In this document: positions 19,723 to 29,922 of the stretch, one piece after another | Layout of the letters: the number at the start of each line of letters is the position of its first letter | Numbering within the stretch: the first letter of the stretch is position 1 | Assembly: GCA_963739645.1 (NCBI GenBank) | Contig: CAVUBM010000080.1 | Location: 16,862-80,861 of the forward strand | Length of the DNA stretch: 64,000 nucleotides | Direction of reading: 5' to 3' | Origin: an uncultured Actinomycetota bacterium | GTDB lineage: Bacteria > Actinomycetota > Actinomycetes > Streptosporangiales > Streptosporangiaceae | The notes under the pieces: model-generated | The model's input: the letters and a program-made list of their open reading frames with translations, nothing else | Told to the model about the DNA's origin: nothing | Databases searched by the model: none | Made by a program: the position numbers and the translations under genes

Positions 19723-20634
19723 ATGAACACCTCCCTCCGGGCCCGCGGGTTCCGCGGGCCGCTGCGCACCACCGCACTCACGTGCGCCGGGCTGATGTCC
19801 GGCGCAGCCTTGCTGCTGTCCGGCTGCTCGCAGGGCTCCGCCGCGGGCTCGGCGGGCCTGGCCGCCTCCGGCAGGGCCGCCGCACCATCGGCCGCATCGT
19901 CGGGGTCGGCCTCGGCCTCCCAGGCGGCCCAGCTCGCCCTGTCCGGCCAGAACATCATTTACACCGCGAACCTCACGGTCCGGGCGAAGAACGTAACATC
20001 CGCCGCGAACCGCGCGGCCAGCATCGTTACGGCCGCCGGCGGCTACGTCTCCGGCGAGCAGTCCTCGGTCGACCCGGCTGACCGGGCCCGGTCCACGGTC
20101 AGCCTGCAGCTGAAGATCCCGGTCGCGGTGTACCCGGCCACCCTGCACACGCTGTCCGCCGCGCTCGGCACCCAGACCTCGCTGGCCCGCCGCGCCCAAG
20201 ACGTCACGGAGCGGGTCGCCGACGTGACCAGCCGGGTCACCTCGGCGCAGGACGCCATCACCCAGCTCCAGGCGCTGCTGAGGCGGGCCGGCTCGGTCAG
20301 CGGCCTGCTCAGCGTGCAGGAGCAGATCAACACCGAGGAGTCAGGGCTCGAGGCGCTGCAGGCCCAGCAGCGGGCGCTGGCCCGGGAGACCAGCTACGCG
20401 ACCGTGTCGGTGACGCTGATGAGCCAGCACCGGACAACCGCTGCGGAACGGAAGTCCCACGGGTTCCTGGCCGGCCTGGGCGCGGGCTGGCGGGGACTGC
20501 GGCTGGCCCTCTCCTGGCTGCTCACGGTGCTGGGCGCGGTGCTGCCGTTCGCCGTGGTCGCGATCGCGGTGGCCGGGGTCGGCTACACGGCGCGGCGCCC
20601 GCTGCGGCGCCTGTTCCGGCGCAGCACGGTCTAG
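19723..20634 (+). CDS. DUF4349-like lipoprotein with C-terminal TM segments
   Basis: Lipobox [17 protein letters not shown]...YVSGEQSS..., a coiled segment [18 protein letters not shown]...[21 protein letters not shown], and hydrophobic C-terminal helices. Start taken at MNTSLRARG (19723). Confidence 0.65.
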   Translation: MNTSLRARGFRGPLRTTALTCAGLMSGAALLLSGCSQGSAAGSAGLAASGRAAAPSAASSGSASASQAAQLALSGQNIIYTANLTVRAKNVTSAANRAASIVTAAGGYVSGEQSSVDPADRARSTVSLQLKIPVAVYPATLHTLSAALGTQTSLARRAQDVTERVADVTSRVTSAQDAITQLQALLRRAGSVSGLLSVQEQINTEESGLEALQAQQRALARETSYATVSVTLMSQHRTTAAERKSHGFLAGLGAGWRGLRLALSWLLTVLGAVLPFAVVAIAVAGVGYTARRPLRRLFRRSTV

Positions 20635-21721
20635 CCCGGAGGGGACGACCCTCCAGGACCCCCCGGAGAGCCGTTGACGCCCGAGCGGGCCGACACGGTG
20701 TGCACCAGGTCGGTCAGCCGGGCCAGCACGTCGGGATCGGTCTGCGGCAGCACGCCGTGGCCGAGGTTGAACACATGCCCCTCGGCCGTCCGGCCCGCGG
20801 CCAGGACCTGGATGGCCCGCTGCTCGACGACCTCCCACGGCGCCAGCAGGATGGCCGGGTCGAGGTTGCCCTGCAGCGCCTTGCCGGGGTCTACCCGGCG
20901 CACCGCCTCGTCCAGCGGCACCCGCCAGTCCACCCCGACCACGTCCGCCCCTGCCTCGCCCATCATCCCCAGCAGCTCACCCGTGCTCACGCCGAAGTGC
21001 AGCCGCGGTACACCAGACCCGGCCATGGCATCGAAGATCCGCTTGCTGTGCGGCAGCACCGACCGCCGGTAGTCCTCGGGGCTGACCGCGCCCGCCCAGG
21101 AGTCGAACAGCTGCACGGCCGAGGCGCCGGCTCCCACCTGGACCTGCAGGAAGGTGATGGTGATGTCGGTCAGCCTGCGCAGCAGCGCGTTCCACAGCGC
21201 CGGGTTGCCGTACATCAGCGACTTGGTCTTGTCGAAGCTCTTGGACGGCCCCCCGTCGATCAGGTAGGACGCCAGCGTGAACGGGCCGCCGGCGAAGCCG
21301 ATCAGCGGCGTCCCGTTCGAGCTCGCCGACCAGTGTCTTGACCGCGTCCGCCACGTACTGGACGTCCCCCGGCTCGAGGGGCGCGGACCCGCTCCAGGTC
21401 GGCCTCCTCGCGGATCGGCTGCTCCACCACCGGGCCGACGCCGGTGCGGATGTCGATTCCGACGCCCGCCGCGCGCAGCGGCACCACGATGTCGCTGAAC
21501 AGGATCGCCGCGTCCACCGGGTACCGGCGCAGCGGCTGCAGCGTGATCTCGGTGATCAGGTCAGGCTTGGTGCACGCCTCCACCATGGCGTTTCCTGAGC
21601 GAGCCGCGCGGTACTCGGGCAGGGACCGGCCCGCCTGGCGCATGAACCAGACCGGCGTATAGGGCACCGGCAGCCTGCGGCAGGCGTTCAGGAAAACCGA
21701 GTCTTCGAGCTTCGGGCTCAC
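20631..21721 (-). CDS. hemE: Uroporphyrinogen decarboxylase; two frame breaks (~21385 and ~21315) as sequenced
   Basis: (V)[37 protein letters not shown]...[10 protein letters not shown]...[12 protein letters not shown] / [21 protein letters not shown] / [45 protein letters not shown]...[13 protein letters not shown], read in three frames. Confidence 0.85.
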
Positions 21722-21865
21722 AACAGTGATCTTTCCACACGGCCGGCTGCTAACCGGCGGCGGCATTTCCGTGAAAGCACCATCGTGACACGCCGCCTCA
21801 GGTCCACGGCACCGACCCGGTGGCATGCCAGCATCTTGCTGAGCCCAGCGGCGAGGAGGTTGGTG

Positions 21866-22081
21866 ATGATCCAGATAATCCGGCTTTGCCCCGACTGCAG
21901 CTGGGATCGGCGCTTTGAGCGGCATCATAAAGTTGCCGGAAGCTGCCCGGATTCATCCGACGGACTCTGCCCCGAGTGGTGCTGCACCCGATGTGGCGCC
22001 GCCCTGCTGATCGGCACGGGGGTACCTGTGCTTGATGGCGCCGTGCGTGCGGCCCCAGTTCCGAAGGCCCTGGTCGCATGA
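21866..22081 (+). CDS. Small Cys-rich (zinc-ribbon-like) protein, 71 aa
   Basis: [50 protein letters not shown]... has CPDC and CTRC pairs. GAGGAGG lies 7 nt upstream of the ATG. It sits in the hemE/DUF3000 divergent gap. Confidence 0.5.
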   Translation: MIQIIRLCPDCSWDRRFERHHKVAGSCPDSSDGLCPEWCCTRCGAALLIGTGVPVLDGAVRAAPVPKALVA

Positions 22082-22148
22082 CATTTCCGGGCCCGTGCCG
22101 CATGCTCGGATCATGAGGCCTGCAGCCGGGCCAGCACAGCGAGCTGAC

Positions 22149-22832
22149 ATGGATGCCACCGCCATCTTCCGCGCGGCGGTGGCCGGTCTTGAGGCCGGGC
22201 TGCAGCAGCAACGCCAGGTGCGGCCCGAGGTTGACTTCGAGAACCAGCCGGCGCCGCGCAAGCTCGCCCCGTTCGCCGCGGCGGTCGGGGCGACCGTGTA
22301 CGCGCCCGAGCCCGGCCGCGCCACCGTGCCGGACATAGACAACGAGATCGGCTGGGGCAGTTTCGTGCTGCTCTACGACCCAGCCGGGCAAACCGGATGG
22401 GATGCGCCGTTCCGGATTATTGTCTACGCCCGGGCCGATCTCGAGCCGGAGATTGCGGCAGATTCCCTGATCGGGCAGGTCGGCTGGAGCTGGCTGACCG
22501 AGGCGCTCGACGCCAGGGCGGCCGGCTACCGGCAGCCCAGCGGGACCGTCACCCGGGTGGTCACCGAGGGGTTCGGCGCCAAGCAGGGCGAGCCCACGGC
22601 CACCGGCTTCGAGCTGCGCGCCTCATGGTCGCCGGCTGACCCGCCCGCGGTGGGTGCCCGGGGCACCCCTGGCGATCCTGTCCCCGGCGCCGCGCCGCGT
22701 GACCTCGCTCCTCCCGATCTTGGCGGGCACGTCGCCGCCTGGTGCGACGCGCTCTGCATGGCGGCGGGCCTGCCGCCGTTGCCCGCCGGAGTGAGCCCGC
22801 TGCGGCCGCCGCGCTCCCGGCGGCGGCCATGA
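22149..22832 (+). CDS. DUF3000-like protein
   Basis: FENQPAPRKLAPFAAAVGATV...GSFVLLYDPAGQTGWDAPFRIIVYARADLEPEIAADSLIGQVGWSWLTEAL...GTVTRVVTEGFG. Start at MDATAIF. Sits between hemE and rnd, as I recall for mycobacteria. Confidence 0.65.
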   Translation: MDATAIFRAAVAGLEAGLQQQRQVRPEVDFENQPAPRKLAPFAAAVGATVYAPEPGRATVPDIDNEIGWGSFVLLYDPAGQTGWDAPFRIIVYARADLEPEIAADSLIGQVGWSWLTEALDARAAGYRQPSGTVTRVVTEGFGAKQGEPTATGFELRASWSPADPPAVGARGTPGDPVPGAAPRDLAPPDLGGHVAAWCDALCMAAGLPPLPAGVSPLRPPRSRRRP

Positions 22833-24115
22833 CAGGGCCCGCGGCCGAGTCAGCGTCGGACGAGGACACCGGCTCCCCGGACGGACCCGAACCTGGCCCG
22901 CAGCCTGCGGAGAGCCAGGCCGTGCCGTTGCTCGAGCCGCGGGACGGCCTTCCGCCGCTGATCGTGACCGGCGAGGCGCTGGCCGAGGCGACCCGCAAGC
23001 TCGCGGACGGCCACGGGCCGGTCGCGGTCGACGCCGAGCGCGCGTCAGGCTTCCGCTACGGGCACCGGGCCTTCCTGGTCCAGCTCCGCCGCTGCGGCGC
23101 GGGAACGGTGCTCATCGACCCGGTGGCCTGCCCCGACCTGTCCGGCGTCGACACTGCCCTGGCCGACGCCGAGGCGGTTATCCACGCCGCGTCCCAGGAT
23201 CTGCCGTGCCTCGCCGATCTCGGCTACCGGCCGCGGCAGCTGTTCGACACCGAGCTGGCCGGGCGGCTGCTCGGCTACCCGCGGGTGGGCCTCGGCACCC
23301 TGGTGGAGACCGTGCTCGGGCTGGCCCTGGAGAAGAGTCACTCCGCGGCCGACTGGTCCACCCGGCCGCTGCCCGCCGACTGGCTGCGTTACGCCGCCCT
23401 GGACGTCGAAGTGCTGGTGGAACTGCGCAATGCCCTGGCGGAGCAGCTGGCCGAGCAGGGCAAGACGGAATGGGCGCGCCAGGAGTTCGACGCCGTGCTG
23501 CACGCCGAGCCGCCCGGGCCGCGCCTGGACCCGTGGCGCCGGACCTCGGGCATCCACCGTGTGCGCAGCCGCCGCGGCCTCGCCGTGGTACGGGAGCTCT
23601 GGCAGGAGCGGGACAAGATCGCACGGCGGCGTGACCTGTCCCCCACCCGGGTGCTGCCCGACGCTGCCATCGTCGAGGCGGCCAGGTCCCTGCCCACCGA
23701 CGCGGCCAGCCTGGCCAGCATCGGGGGCTTCAACACGCGCGGCGGGCGGCGGCACACCCAGGAATGGCTTCGCGCTCTGGCCCGGGCCAGAGCGCAGCCC
23801 GACCGGGCGCTGCCGACCGTATCGGGGGCGCCCGGCGACGGACCTCCGCCCACACACCGCTGGGCGGACCGCGACCCGGACGCCGCCACGCGGCTGACCG
23901 CCGTCCGGACGGTGGTCGCGGCCCTCGCCGATGAGCATCACCTCCCGGCGGAGAACCTGCTGCCCCCGGACGCGGTGCGCAGGCTCGCCTGGCAGCCGCC
24001 GGAACCGGTCAGCGAGCAGACGGTCAGCGGCAGCCTGGCCAGCTACGGCGCCCGCCCCTGGCAGGCCGGCCTCGACTTCGAGGCCGATCGCCGGGGCGCT
24101 GCTGCGGATCAATGA
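22829..24115 (+). CDS. rnd: Ribonuclease D (DEDD 3'-5' exonuclease plus HRDC)
   Basis: PVAVDAERASGFRYGHRAFLVQL...IHAASQDLPCL...FDTELAGRLLGYPRVGLGTLVE...HSAADWSTRPLPADWLRYAALDVEVLVELR. ATGA overlap with the DUF3000 stop. The last ~20 codons may hide a frame break (the alternative frame ends PIAGALLRINEKAEN at 24131). Confidence 0.8.
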   Translation: MTGPAAESASDEDTGSPDGPEPGPQPAESQAVPLLEPRDGLPPLIVTGEALAEATRKLADGHGPVAVDAERASGFRYGHRAFLVQLRRCGAGTVLIDPVACPDLSGVDTALADAEAVIHAASQDLPCLADLGYRPRQLFDTELAGRLLGYPRVGLGTLVETVLGLALEKSHSAADWSTRPLPADWLRYAALDVEVLVELRNALAEQLAEQGKTEWARQEFDAVLHAEPPGPRLDPWRRTSGIHRVRSRRGLAVVRELWQERDKIARRRDLSPTRVLPDAAIVEAARSLPTDAASLASIGGFNTRGGRRHTQEWLRALARARAQPDRALPTVSGAPGDGPPPTHRWADRDPDAATRLTAVRTVVAALADEHHLPAENLLPPDAVRRLAWQPPEPVSEQTVSGSLASYGARPWQAGLDFEADRRGAAADQ

Positions 24116-24169
24116 GAAAGCGGAGAACTGACCCGATCCGGGCTCATCCAGCGCCCGGGCATCCGCTGG

Positions 24170-24523
24170 TCACGCGCTCTTGCGCAACGGCCTCAGGTGG
24201 CAGGGTGCCGCGGATCCGGCCCGTGGCACGCCCGCGCAGGGCAGGACCTGATCGGTCTCGGGATAGTCGGGGAACACGTTGAAGATCACTTCGCAGTCAC
24301 AGCACACGGCGCCGCGCCGCTGCAGGCGCTGCACCAGGCCCAGCGCCCGGGGGGCGCGCAGATCCCGCCAGCGCACCGTCCACCGGTGTGATCCGTCGCA
24401 GCCGAACTCGCTGATCATCCGGACCAGGAAGCAGCGCAGGCACTCGCGCTGGCCCGGCTCTGTTAACCGCCTGGACAGCTCAGCCAGCTCGGTCTCGACG
24501 AGATCAACCACGTTATCGGCCAT
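24170..24523 (-). CDS. Small Cys-rich protein (DUF2695-like by recollection)
   Basis: MADNVVDLVETELAELSRRLTEPGQRECLRCFLVRMISEFGCDGSHRW...AVCCDCEVIFNVFPDY. Family assignment is tentative. Confidence 0.45.
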   Translation of the reverse strand: MADNVVDLVETELAELSRRLTEPGQRECLRCFLVRMISEFGCDGSHRWTVRWRDLRAPRALGLVQRLQRRGAVCCDCEVIFNVFPDYPETDQVLPCAGVPRAGSAAPCHLRPLRKSA

Positions 24524-24592
24524 TTCGCGCTCCTTCCGGCCGGTGTCCGTCGATAGCAGAGTTCTACCGCTGGCATCCGACATTCTTGGACC

Positions 24593-25138
24593 ATGACGGA
24601 ATGCGCATGGGCCACGCTCGCCACCCCGGTCGGGCCGCTGTCGGTCGGCTGCAGCCAGGCGGGCGTCAGCGGTGTCCGCTTCGGGAAACCGCCGGGCTCG
24701 CTGCCGCCCGCGCCGGGAGCGCCCGGCGCCGCTGAGGACCTGCTCAGCGCCGCCGTCGCCCAGCTCACCGGCTACTTCTCCGGACAGCGCCGGGGCTTTG
24801 ACCTGCCCATCGACTGGAGCGTCACGTCGCGCCTGCAGCAGCAGGTGCTCGGGGTTCTCTTCGGCTCGGTTGGCTACGGCGAGACCGTCAGCTACGGGAC
24901 GCTTGCCCGGCGCGCCGGGTCCGGCGGTGACGGCCCGTCACTGCCGGCCCGGGCCATCGGCCAGATCATGGGGTCGAACCCGATCCCGGTGATCGTTCCC
25001 TGCCATCGCGTGGTCGCGGGCGACGGGCTCGGCGGTTACAGCGGCGGCACCGGCCTTGAGGTCAAGCGCTGGCTGCTGGTGTTCGAGGGGGCGCTGCCGC
25101 CCACGCTCGACTGGGAGCCCACCGGGCTGCCGGGGTGA
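24593..25138 (+). CDS. ogt: Methylated-DNA-protein-cysteine methyltransferase
   Basis: Active-site VPCHRVV, preceded by VSYGTLARRAG...ARAIGQIMGSNPIPVI and followed by GGYSGG...KRWLLVFEG. Confidence 0.9.
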   Translation: MTECAWATLATPVGPLSVGCSQAGVSGVRFGKPPGSLPPAPGAPGAAEDLLSAAVAQLTGYFSGQRRGFDLPIDWSVTSRLQQQVLGVLFGSVGYGETVSYGTLARRAGSGGDGPSLPARAIGQIMGSNPIPVIVPCHRVVAGDGLGGYSGGTGLEVKRWLLVFEGALPPTLDWEPTGLPG

Positions 25139-25204
25139 TCAGCGCTCCGCGGCCCGGCCGCCCAGCCGGTCACCGGTCCGCGGGCCACCGGCCGCCAGGC
25201 CGGG

Positions 25205-26143
25205 TCACAGATGCACGGCGGAGTGCTGCTCGGTCGCGACCAGCGTGCCGTCGGCGGAGTGCAGCACCCAGAACCCCGCTTTGTGCAGGGCGGGGCCGTT
25301 GGGCGGCACCGCACCGAGCGCCGCGCACGCGGCGGTCAGCAGGGTCGGCATGTTCTCCCGGTGCGCGCAGATGACAGTGGGCTGGCCGGCGGCGACGGCC
25401 GCCGCGACCCTGGCCTTAGCCGCGTCCGCGTCGCCGTTGGCCTGGCCCACGGCCAGCGCCGGGTCGACCTCCAGCTTCGCGCCGGTCAGCGCCGCGTACG
25501 GCCGGACCGTGGCCACGCAGCGCTCCGCGGCCGAGGTGATAACGCGGCTGGTGCCGTAGCAGGCCAGCAGCCGCGAGAGCAGATCGGCCTCAGCCGCCCC
25601 ATGCGCATCGAGCGGCCGGTCGAGGTCGTCCCCTTTCCAGCTGTCCTTGCCGCCCGCCGAGGCGTGCCGCAGCAGCACGAACGGGACGGTGTCGGCGGGG
25701 CCGACGGCGAACTCTTCGAGCATGAGCGCGTCGTGGGGGTAGGTAAGCCGGCCGCGGGCCGCGTCCGCCGACACCCATTCCATGGTGTCCACCTCGTCGT
25801 TGGCCTGGAACGAGTCCGGGCCGTCGGGCACCGGCCGCGCCACCCAGTACTCGACCCGCTTGGGCCGCCCGCCCCGGTCGTAGCGGGCCTGAGTCAGCGG
25901 CCGGCCGAGTATGACCTGCAGCCCGGTCTCCTCGGCTACCTCGCGGACGGCGGTCTGCAGAATGTGCTCGCCCGGCTCGCGCTTTCCCTTCGGGAAGCTC
26001 CAGTCGTCGTACTTAGGCCGGTGGATCAGCGCCACGTCCCGGCTCCGGCCGCCCGCGGACCGCCACAGCCGACCGGGACTCGACCGGCGCCACAGCAGAG
26101 CGCCGGCCGCGCGGATCTCGTTGCCGGCCGGGGCATCAGGCAT
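25205..26143 (-). CDS. mutT1: NUDIX hydrolase fused to a histidine-phosphatase domain (MutT1-like)
   Basis: Nudix box [28 protein letters not shown]; C-terminal phosphatase VLLRHASAG. Overlaps the ppk stop by 8 nt. I recall the same ppk1-mutT1 adjacency in M. tuberculosis. Confidence 0.8.
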   Translation of the reverse strand: MPDAPAGNEIRAAGALLWRRSSPGRLWRSAGGRSRDVALIHRPKYDDWSFPKGKREPGEHILQTAVREVAEETGLQVILGRPLTQARYDRGGRPKRVEYWVARPVPDGPDSFQANDEVDTMEWVSADAARGRLTYPHDALMLEEFAVGPADTVPFVLLRHASAGGKDSWKGDDLDRPLDAHGAAEADLLSRLLACYGTSRVITSAAERCVATVRPYAALTGAKLEVDPALAVGQANGDADAAKARVAAAVAAGQPTVICAHRENMPTLLTAACAALGAVPPNGPALHKAGFWVLHSADGTLVATEQHSAVHL

Positions 26144-28271
26144 CGGCGGCTCGGCCCTGGCGGGTCCGGATCAGGTACTCCTGGATATCGGTGAGTGGGT
26201 TACCGTCGGCGTCCCGGTGATGCCTGGTCCATGAGCCGTCGGAATCCAGCCACCAGGACGACGTCGTGTCCGTCATGGCCAGGTCGATCAGGCCGCGCAA
26301 CTCCGCCTGCTGCGCCGGGTCGGCGACCCGGACCAGCAGCTCGACCCGCCGGTCCAGGTTCCGGTGCATCAGGTCCGCGCTGCCGATCCAGACATCGCCC
26401 TCGTCGTCCGGCTCGCCGGTTCCGAACGCGTAGATACGGGAGTGCTCAAGGAATCTGCCCAGCACGCTGCGCACCCGGATGGTCTCGGACATGCCGCCGA
26501 TCCCGGGCCGGACGCCGCAGATCCCGCGGATCCACAGGTCGACCGGTACCCCCGCCTGGGAAGCGCGGTAGAGCGAGTCGATGATCACTTCGTCGATGAT
26601 GGCGTTGCACTTCATCTGGATCCGCCCGGGCCGGCCGTCGCGGGCCCGCTGCGCCTGCGCGTTGATCCGTTCCACCAGGCCAGACCGGATGCCCTCGGGC
26701 GCGACGAGCAGCCGCCGGTAATCAGAATGCCGGCTGTAACCGGTGAGGTGGTTGAACAGGTCGGTGATGTCCTCGCCCACGGTCTGATTCGCGGTGAGCA
26801 GGCCGAAGTCCTCGTAGAGGCGCGCGGTCTTGGGGTGATAGTTACCGGTGCCGATATGGCAGAAGCGGCGCAGCGACCCGTCGGCCTCTTCCCGCACCAC
26901 CAGGATCATCTTGCAGTGGGTCTTCAGCCCGACGAAGCCGTAGACCACATGACAGCCTGCTTCCTCAAGCTTGTGCGCCCAGGCGATGTTGGCCCGCTCG
27001 TCGAAGCGGGCCTTGATCTCCACCACCACCACGACCTGCTTGCCCGCCTCGGCCGCGTCGATGAGCGCGTCCACAATCTCGGAGTCGCCGCTGGTCCGGT
27101 ACAGGGTGTGCTTGATTGCCAGCACGCGGGGGTCGGCCGCGGCCGAGGTCACCAGGCGCTGGGTGCTCGCCGCGAACGAGTCGTACGGGTGGTGCACGAG
27201 CACGTCATGCTCGGCGATCGTGCTGAAGATGCTCGTGTCGGTCGGCAGCGCCGTGTCCGACGGGACGAACGGGGGGTACTTCAGCTGCGGGCGGTCGAGG
27301 TCGGCAATGGCGCTGAGCCCGGACAGGTCCAGCGGGCCAGGCAGGCTGTACACGGCCCTGGTGTCGATGCCGAGCTCGGTGACCAGCCGGTCCAGCACGT
27401 CGCTGGACATCGACTCCTCGACCTCGAGCCTGACCGCCTGCTCGAAACGCCGCCGCAGCAGTTCCTGCTCCATCGACTTCAGCAGGTCCTCGGTCACGTC
27501 CTCGTCGATCTCGAGGTCACGGGTCCTGGTCACCCGGAACGCGTGATGCTCGATCACGTCCAGGCCGGCGAACAGCTCGGGCAGGTGTGCCGCGATCACG
27601 TCTTCGAGCGGCACGAACCGGTTGGGCGCCACGGTCAGGAACCTGGGCAGCAGCGGGGGCACCTTCACCCGGGCGAACATGATCATGCCGGTCCTCGGAT
27701 CGGCGATCATGACGGCCAGGCTGAGCGAAAGGCCGGAGATGTAAGGGAACGGGTGCGCCGGGTCGACCACGAGCGGGGTGAGCACCGGGTAGATCCGCTC
27801 CCGGAACAGCTTCTGCAGCCCTTCCTGCTCGGCGGCGGCCAGCTCCTTCCACCGCAGGATCTCGATGCCCTCCCGGCTCAGGGCGGGCAGGACCGCGGTG
27901 CTGAAGTACTCGGCGTGGCGGGTCGCCAGCTCGCGGGCCGTCTCCAGGGTGTTCTCCAGGATCTGCGACGGTGGCTTCCCGCTGGCGTTCTCCACCGGGA
28001 GCCCGGCCGACATCCGGCGGATCCGGCCAGCCACCCGCACCATGAAGAACTCATCGAGGTTGCTCGCGAAGATGGACAGGAACCGCACCCGCTCGAGCAG
28101 CGGGATCGTCTCGTCCTCCGCGAGCTCCAGCACCCGCTGGTTGAACCGCAGCCAGCTCTCCTCGCGGTCCAGATACCGGCCGGGCGGCAGCTCGCCGGTC
28201 CCCCTTGCCGGGTGCGTCTTTGTCTTGTGCGTTGCCTCGCTGCGCTCTGATGTGGCCTGACCGGTGCTCAT
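26136..28271 (-). CDS. ppk: Polyphosphate kinase 1
   Basis: [51 protein letters not shown]; HCKMILVVR; [16 protein letters not shown]. 711-722 aa, uninterrupted. Start at ATG 28271 or TTG 28304. Confidence 0.95.
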   Translation of the reverse strand: MSTGQATSERSEATHKTKTHPARGTGELPPGRYLDREESWLRFNQRVLELAEDETIPLLERVRFLSIFASNLDEFFMVRVAGRIRRMSAGLPVENASGKPPSQILENTLETARELATRHAEYFSTAVLPALSREGIEILRWKELAAAEQEGLQKLFRERIYPVLTPLVVDPAHPFPYISGLSLSLAVMIADPRTGMIMFARVKVPPLLPRFLTVAPNRFVPLEDVIAAHLPELFAGLDVIEHHAFRVTRTRDLEIDEDVTEDLLKSMEQELLRRRFEQAVRLEVEESMSSDVLDRLVTELGIDTRAVYSLPGPLDLSGLSAIADLDRPQLKYPPFVPSDTALPTDTSIFSTIAEHDVLVHHPYDSFAASTQRLVTSAAADPRVLAIKHTLYRTSGDSEIVDALIDAAEAGKQVVVVVEIKARFDERANIAWAHKLEEAGCHVVYGFVGLKTHCKMILVVREEADGSLRRFCHIGTGNYHPKTARLYEDFGLLTANQTVGEDITDLFNHLTGYSRHSDYRRLLVAPEGIRSGLVERINAQAQRARDGRPGRIQMKCNAIIDEVIIDSLYRASQAGVPVDLWIRGICGVRPGIGGMSETIRVRSVLGRFLEHSRIYAFGTGEPDDEGDVWIGSADLMHRNLDRRVELLVRVADPAQQAELRGLIDLAMTDTTSSWWLDSDGSWTRHHRDADGNPLTDIQEYLIRTRQGRAADA

Positions 28272-28300
28272 GCCCCTATTGTCCCCGGTGCGGCGGCGTG

Positions 28301-28840
28301 TCAAAGACCCTGGGGCAACTGGCTTGCTAACTCCGGGTTACAGGAGCGCGGGCGGGACCGCACCAGCACGGCGTAGCTGACCTCGTGGCTGTCCTGCACG
28401 CACCGGTGGGTCCCGACCTCGCGGAAGCCCAGCCCCTGCGCCAACCGCAGGCTGCGCTGGTTCCAGCTCTGGATCACCGCCCGCAGCGGGGTCTCGCCAC
28501 GGCAGCGGGCGACGTGGCTCAGCACCGCGGTGCCGAAGGCCCGGCCGAGACCCTGCCCGACCAGGTCGGGGCGCATCCCGACGCCGATGTCGGCGATCCC
28601 GTCCGCCTCCGTCAGGCCAGGCACGCGGGCCTCCTGGCCGAGGCAGACGAACCCCACGAGATCCCCCGCCCCGTCGACCACGGCCAGGTAGCCGGCCTCC
28701 GCGCTGAGCCGGTCACCGGGGCGCGGGTCGTAGACATCCCACGCCCCCTCGTAGCGCCAGGTCGCGATCGCCTCGGCGTCCGCGGGTTCCAGCGGCCGCA
28801 CGGTCAGGCCCGGCAGCGGCTCATCCGGCGCCATGGCCAC
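28301..28840 (-). CDS. GNAT-family N-acetyltransferase
   Basis: 179 aa. [26 protein letters not shown] resembles the acetyl-CoA motif A. Immediately upstream of ppk on the same strand. Confidence 0.7.
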   Translation of the reverse strand: MAMAPDEPLPGLTVRPLEPADAEAIATWRYEGAWDVYDPRPGDRLSAEAGYLAVVDGAGDLVGFVCLGQEARVPGLTEADGIADIGVGMRPDLVGQGLGRAFGTAVLSHVARCRGETPLRAVIQSWNQRSLRLAQGLGFREVGTHRCVQDSHEVSYAVLVRSRPRSCNPELASQLPQGL

Positions 28841-29010
28841 CTCCAGAGACGGCTAGCTGGACCTGGCTGCCATCGTAAGGGGGGCTGGCGTGCGGGGGCG
28901 GCGCAGGGCAGGGCGGGACAGCCGACGCCAGCGGGCGCCGCGGCGGCGGCATCTTGCGGCGGCAGGCGGGTGGCGGGAGGATCAGGGGCCTGAGCGAACG
29001 GAGATGAGGC

Positions 29011-29922
29011 ATGCGCATTGGCACGTCCGCGGCCGACCCGGCCGGCCTCGACGCCCTCATCCGGCTCCGCGAGGAGCTGCAGCGCGCGGCCGACGACGGC
29101 TTTTCTTCGGCCTGGATGTCGAACATCTTCGGCCTGGACGCGCTGACCGCGCTGGCGGTCGCCGGCAGCCAGGTGCCCGGGATCGAACTGGGCACGGCGG
29201 TGGTGCCGACCTACCCGCGCCATCCGGTGGTCCTCGCCCAGCAGGCGATGACCGCGGCCACCGCCGTGGGCGGGCGGCTGGCCCTCGGCATCGGCCTGTC
29301 CCACAAGATCGTTATCGAGGACATGTACGGCTTCAGCTTCGACCGGCCCGCCCGCCACATGCGGGAGTACCTCTCTATCCTGCTGCCGCTGCTGGACGGC
29401 CAGCCCGCGGACTTCCGGGGCGAGACCATGCGGGCCGGGGTCGGGCTGACCACACCGCGGCCCGGCCGGGTGCCGGTGCTGCTCGCGGCGCTCGCGCCGC
29501 GGATGCTGCAGCTGGCCGGGCAGCGCACCGACGGGACCGTGCTGTGGATGACCGGCCAGGCCACAGTCAGGGATTACATCGTCCCCGCGATCACCAAGGC
29601 CGCGCAGGAGGCTGGGCGGCCGGGTCCGCGCGTGGTCTGCATCCTGCCGGTCTGTGTCACCGATGATCCGGACGGCGCCCGCGCCCGCGCGGCCCGGGTC
29701 TTCGCGATCTACGGGCAGCTGCCGTCCTATCGCGCGATGCTCGACCGCGAGGGGGCGGAAGGACCTGGCGACGTCGCGATCGTGGGGACGGAGGATGCGG
29801 TCGCCGCGCAGATCAGGGCGCTGGAAGAGGCCGGGGTGACCGACTTCGTGGCCGGAGAGTACTCGCGCGCCGAGGACGAGAAGCGGCGGACCCGCGCGCT
29901 GCTCAAGACCTTCAGCGGCTGA
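29011..29922 (+). CDS. LLM-class F420-dependent oxidoreductase
   Basis: GFSSAWMSNIFGLDALTALAVAG...IELGTAVVPTYPRHPVVLAQQAMT...LGIGLSHKIVIEDMYG...GTVLWMTG. 303 aa. Confidence 0.75.
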   Translation: MRIGTSAADPAGLDALIRLREELQRAADDGFSSAWMSNIFGLDALTALAVAGSQVPGIELGTAVVPTYPRHPVVLAQQAMTAATAVGGRLALGIGLSHKIVIEDMYGFSFDRPARHMREYLSILLPLLDGQPADFRGETMRAGVGLTTPRPGRVPVLLAALAPRMLQLAGQRTDGTVLWMTGQATVRDYIVPAITKAAQEAGRPGPRVVCILPVCVTDDPDGARARAARVFAIYGQLPSYRAMLDREGAEGPGDVAIVGTEDAVAAQIRALEEAGVTDFVAGEYSRAEDEKRRTRALLKTFSG

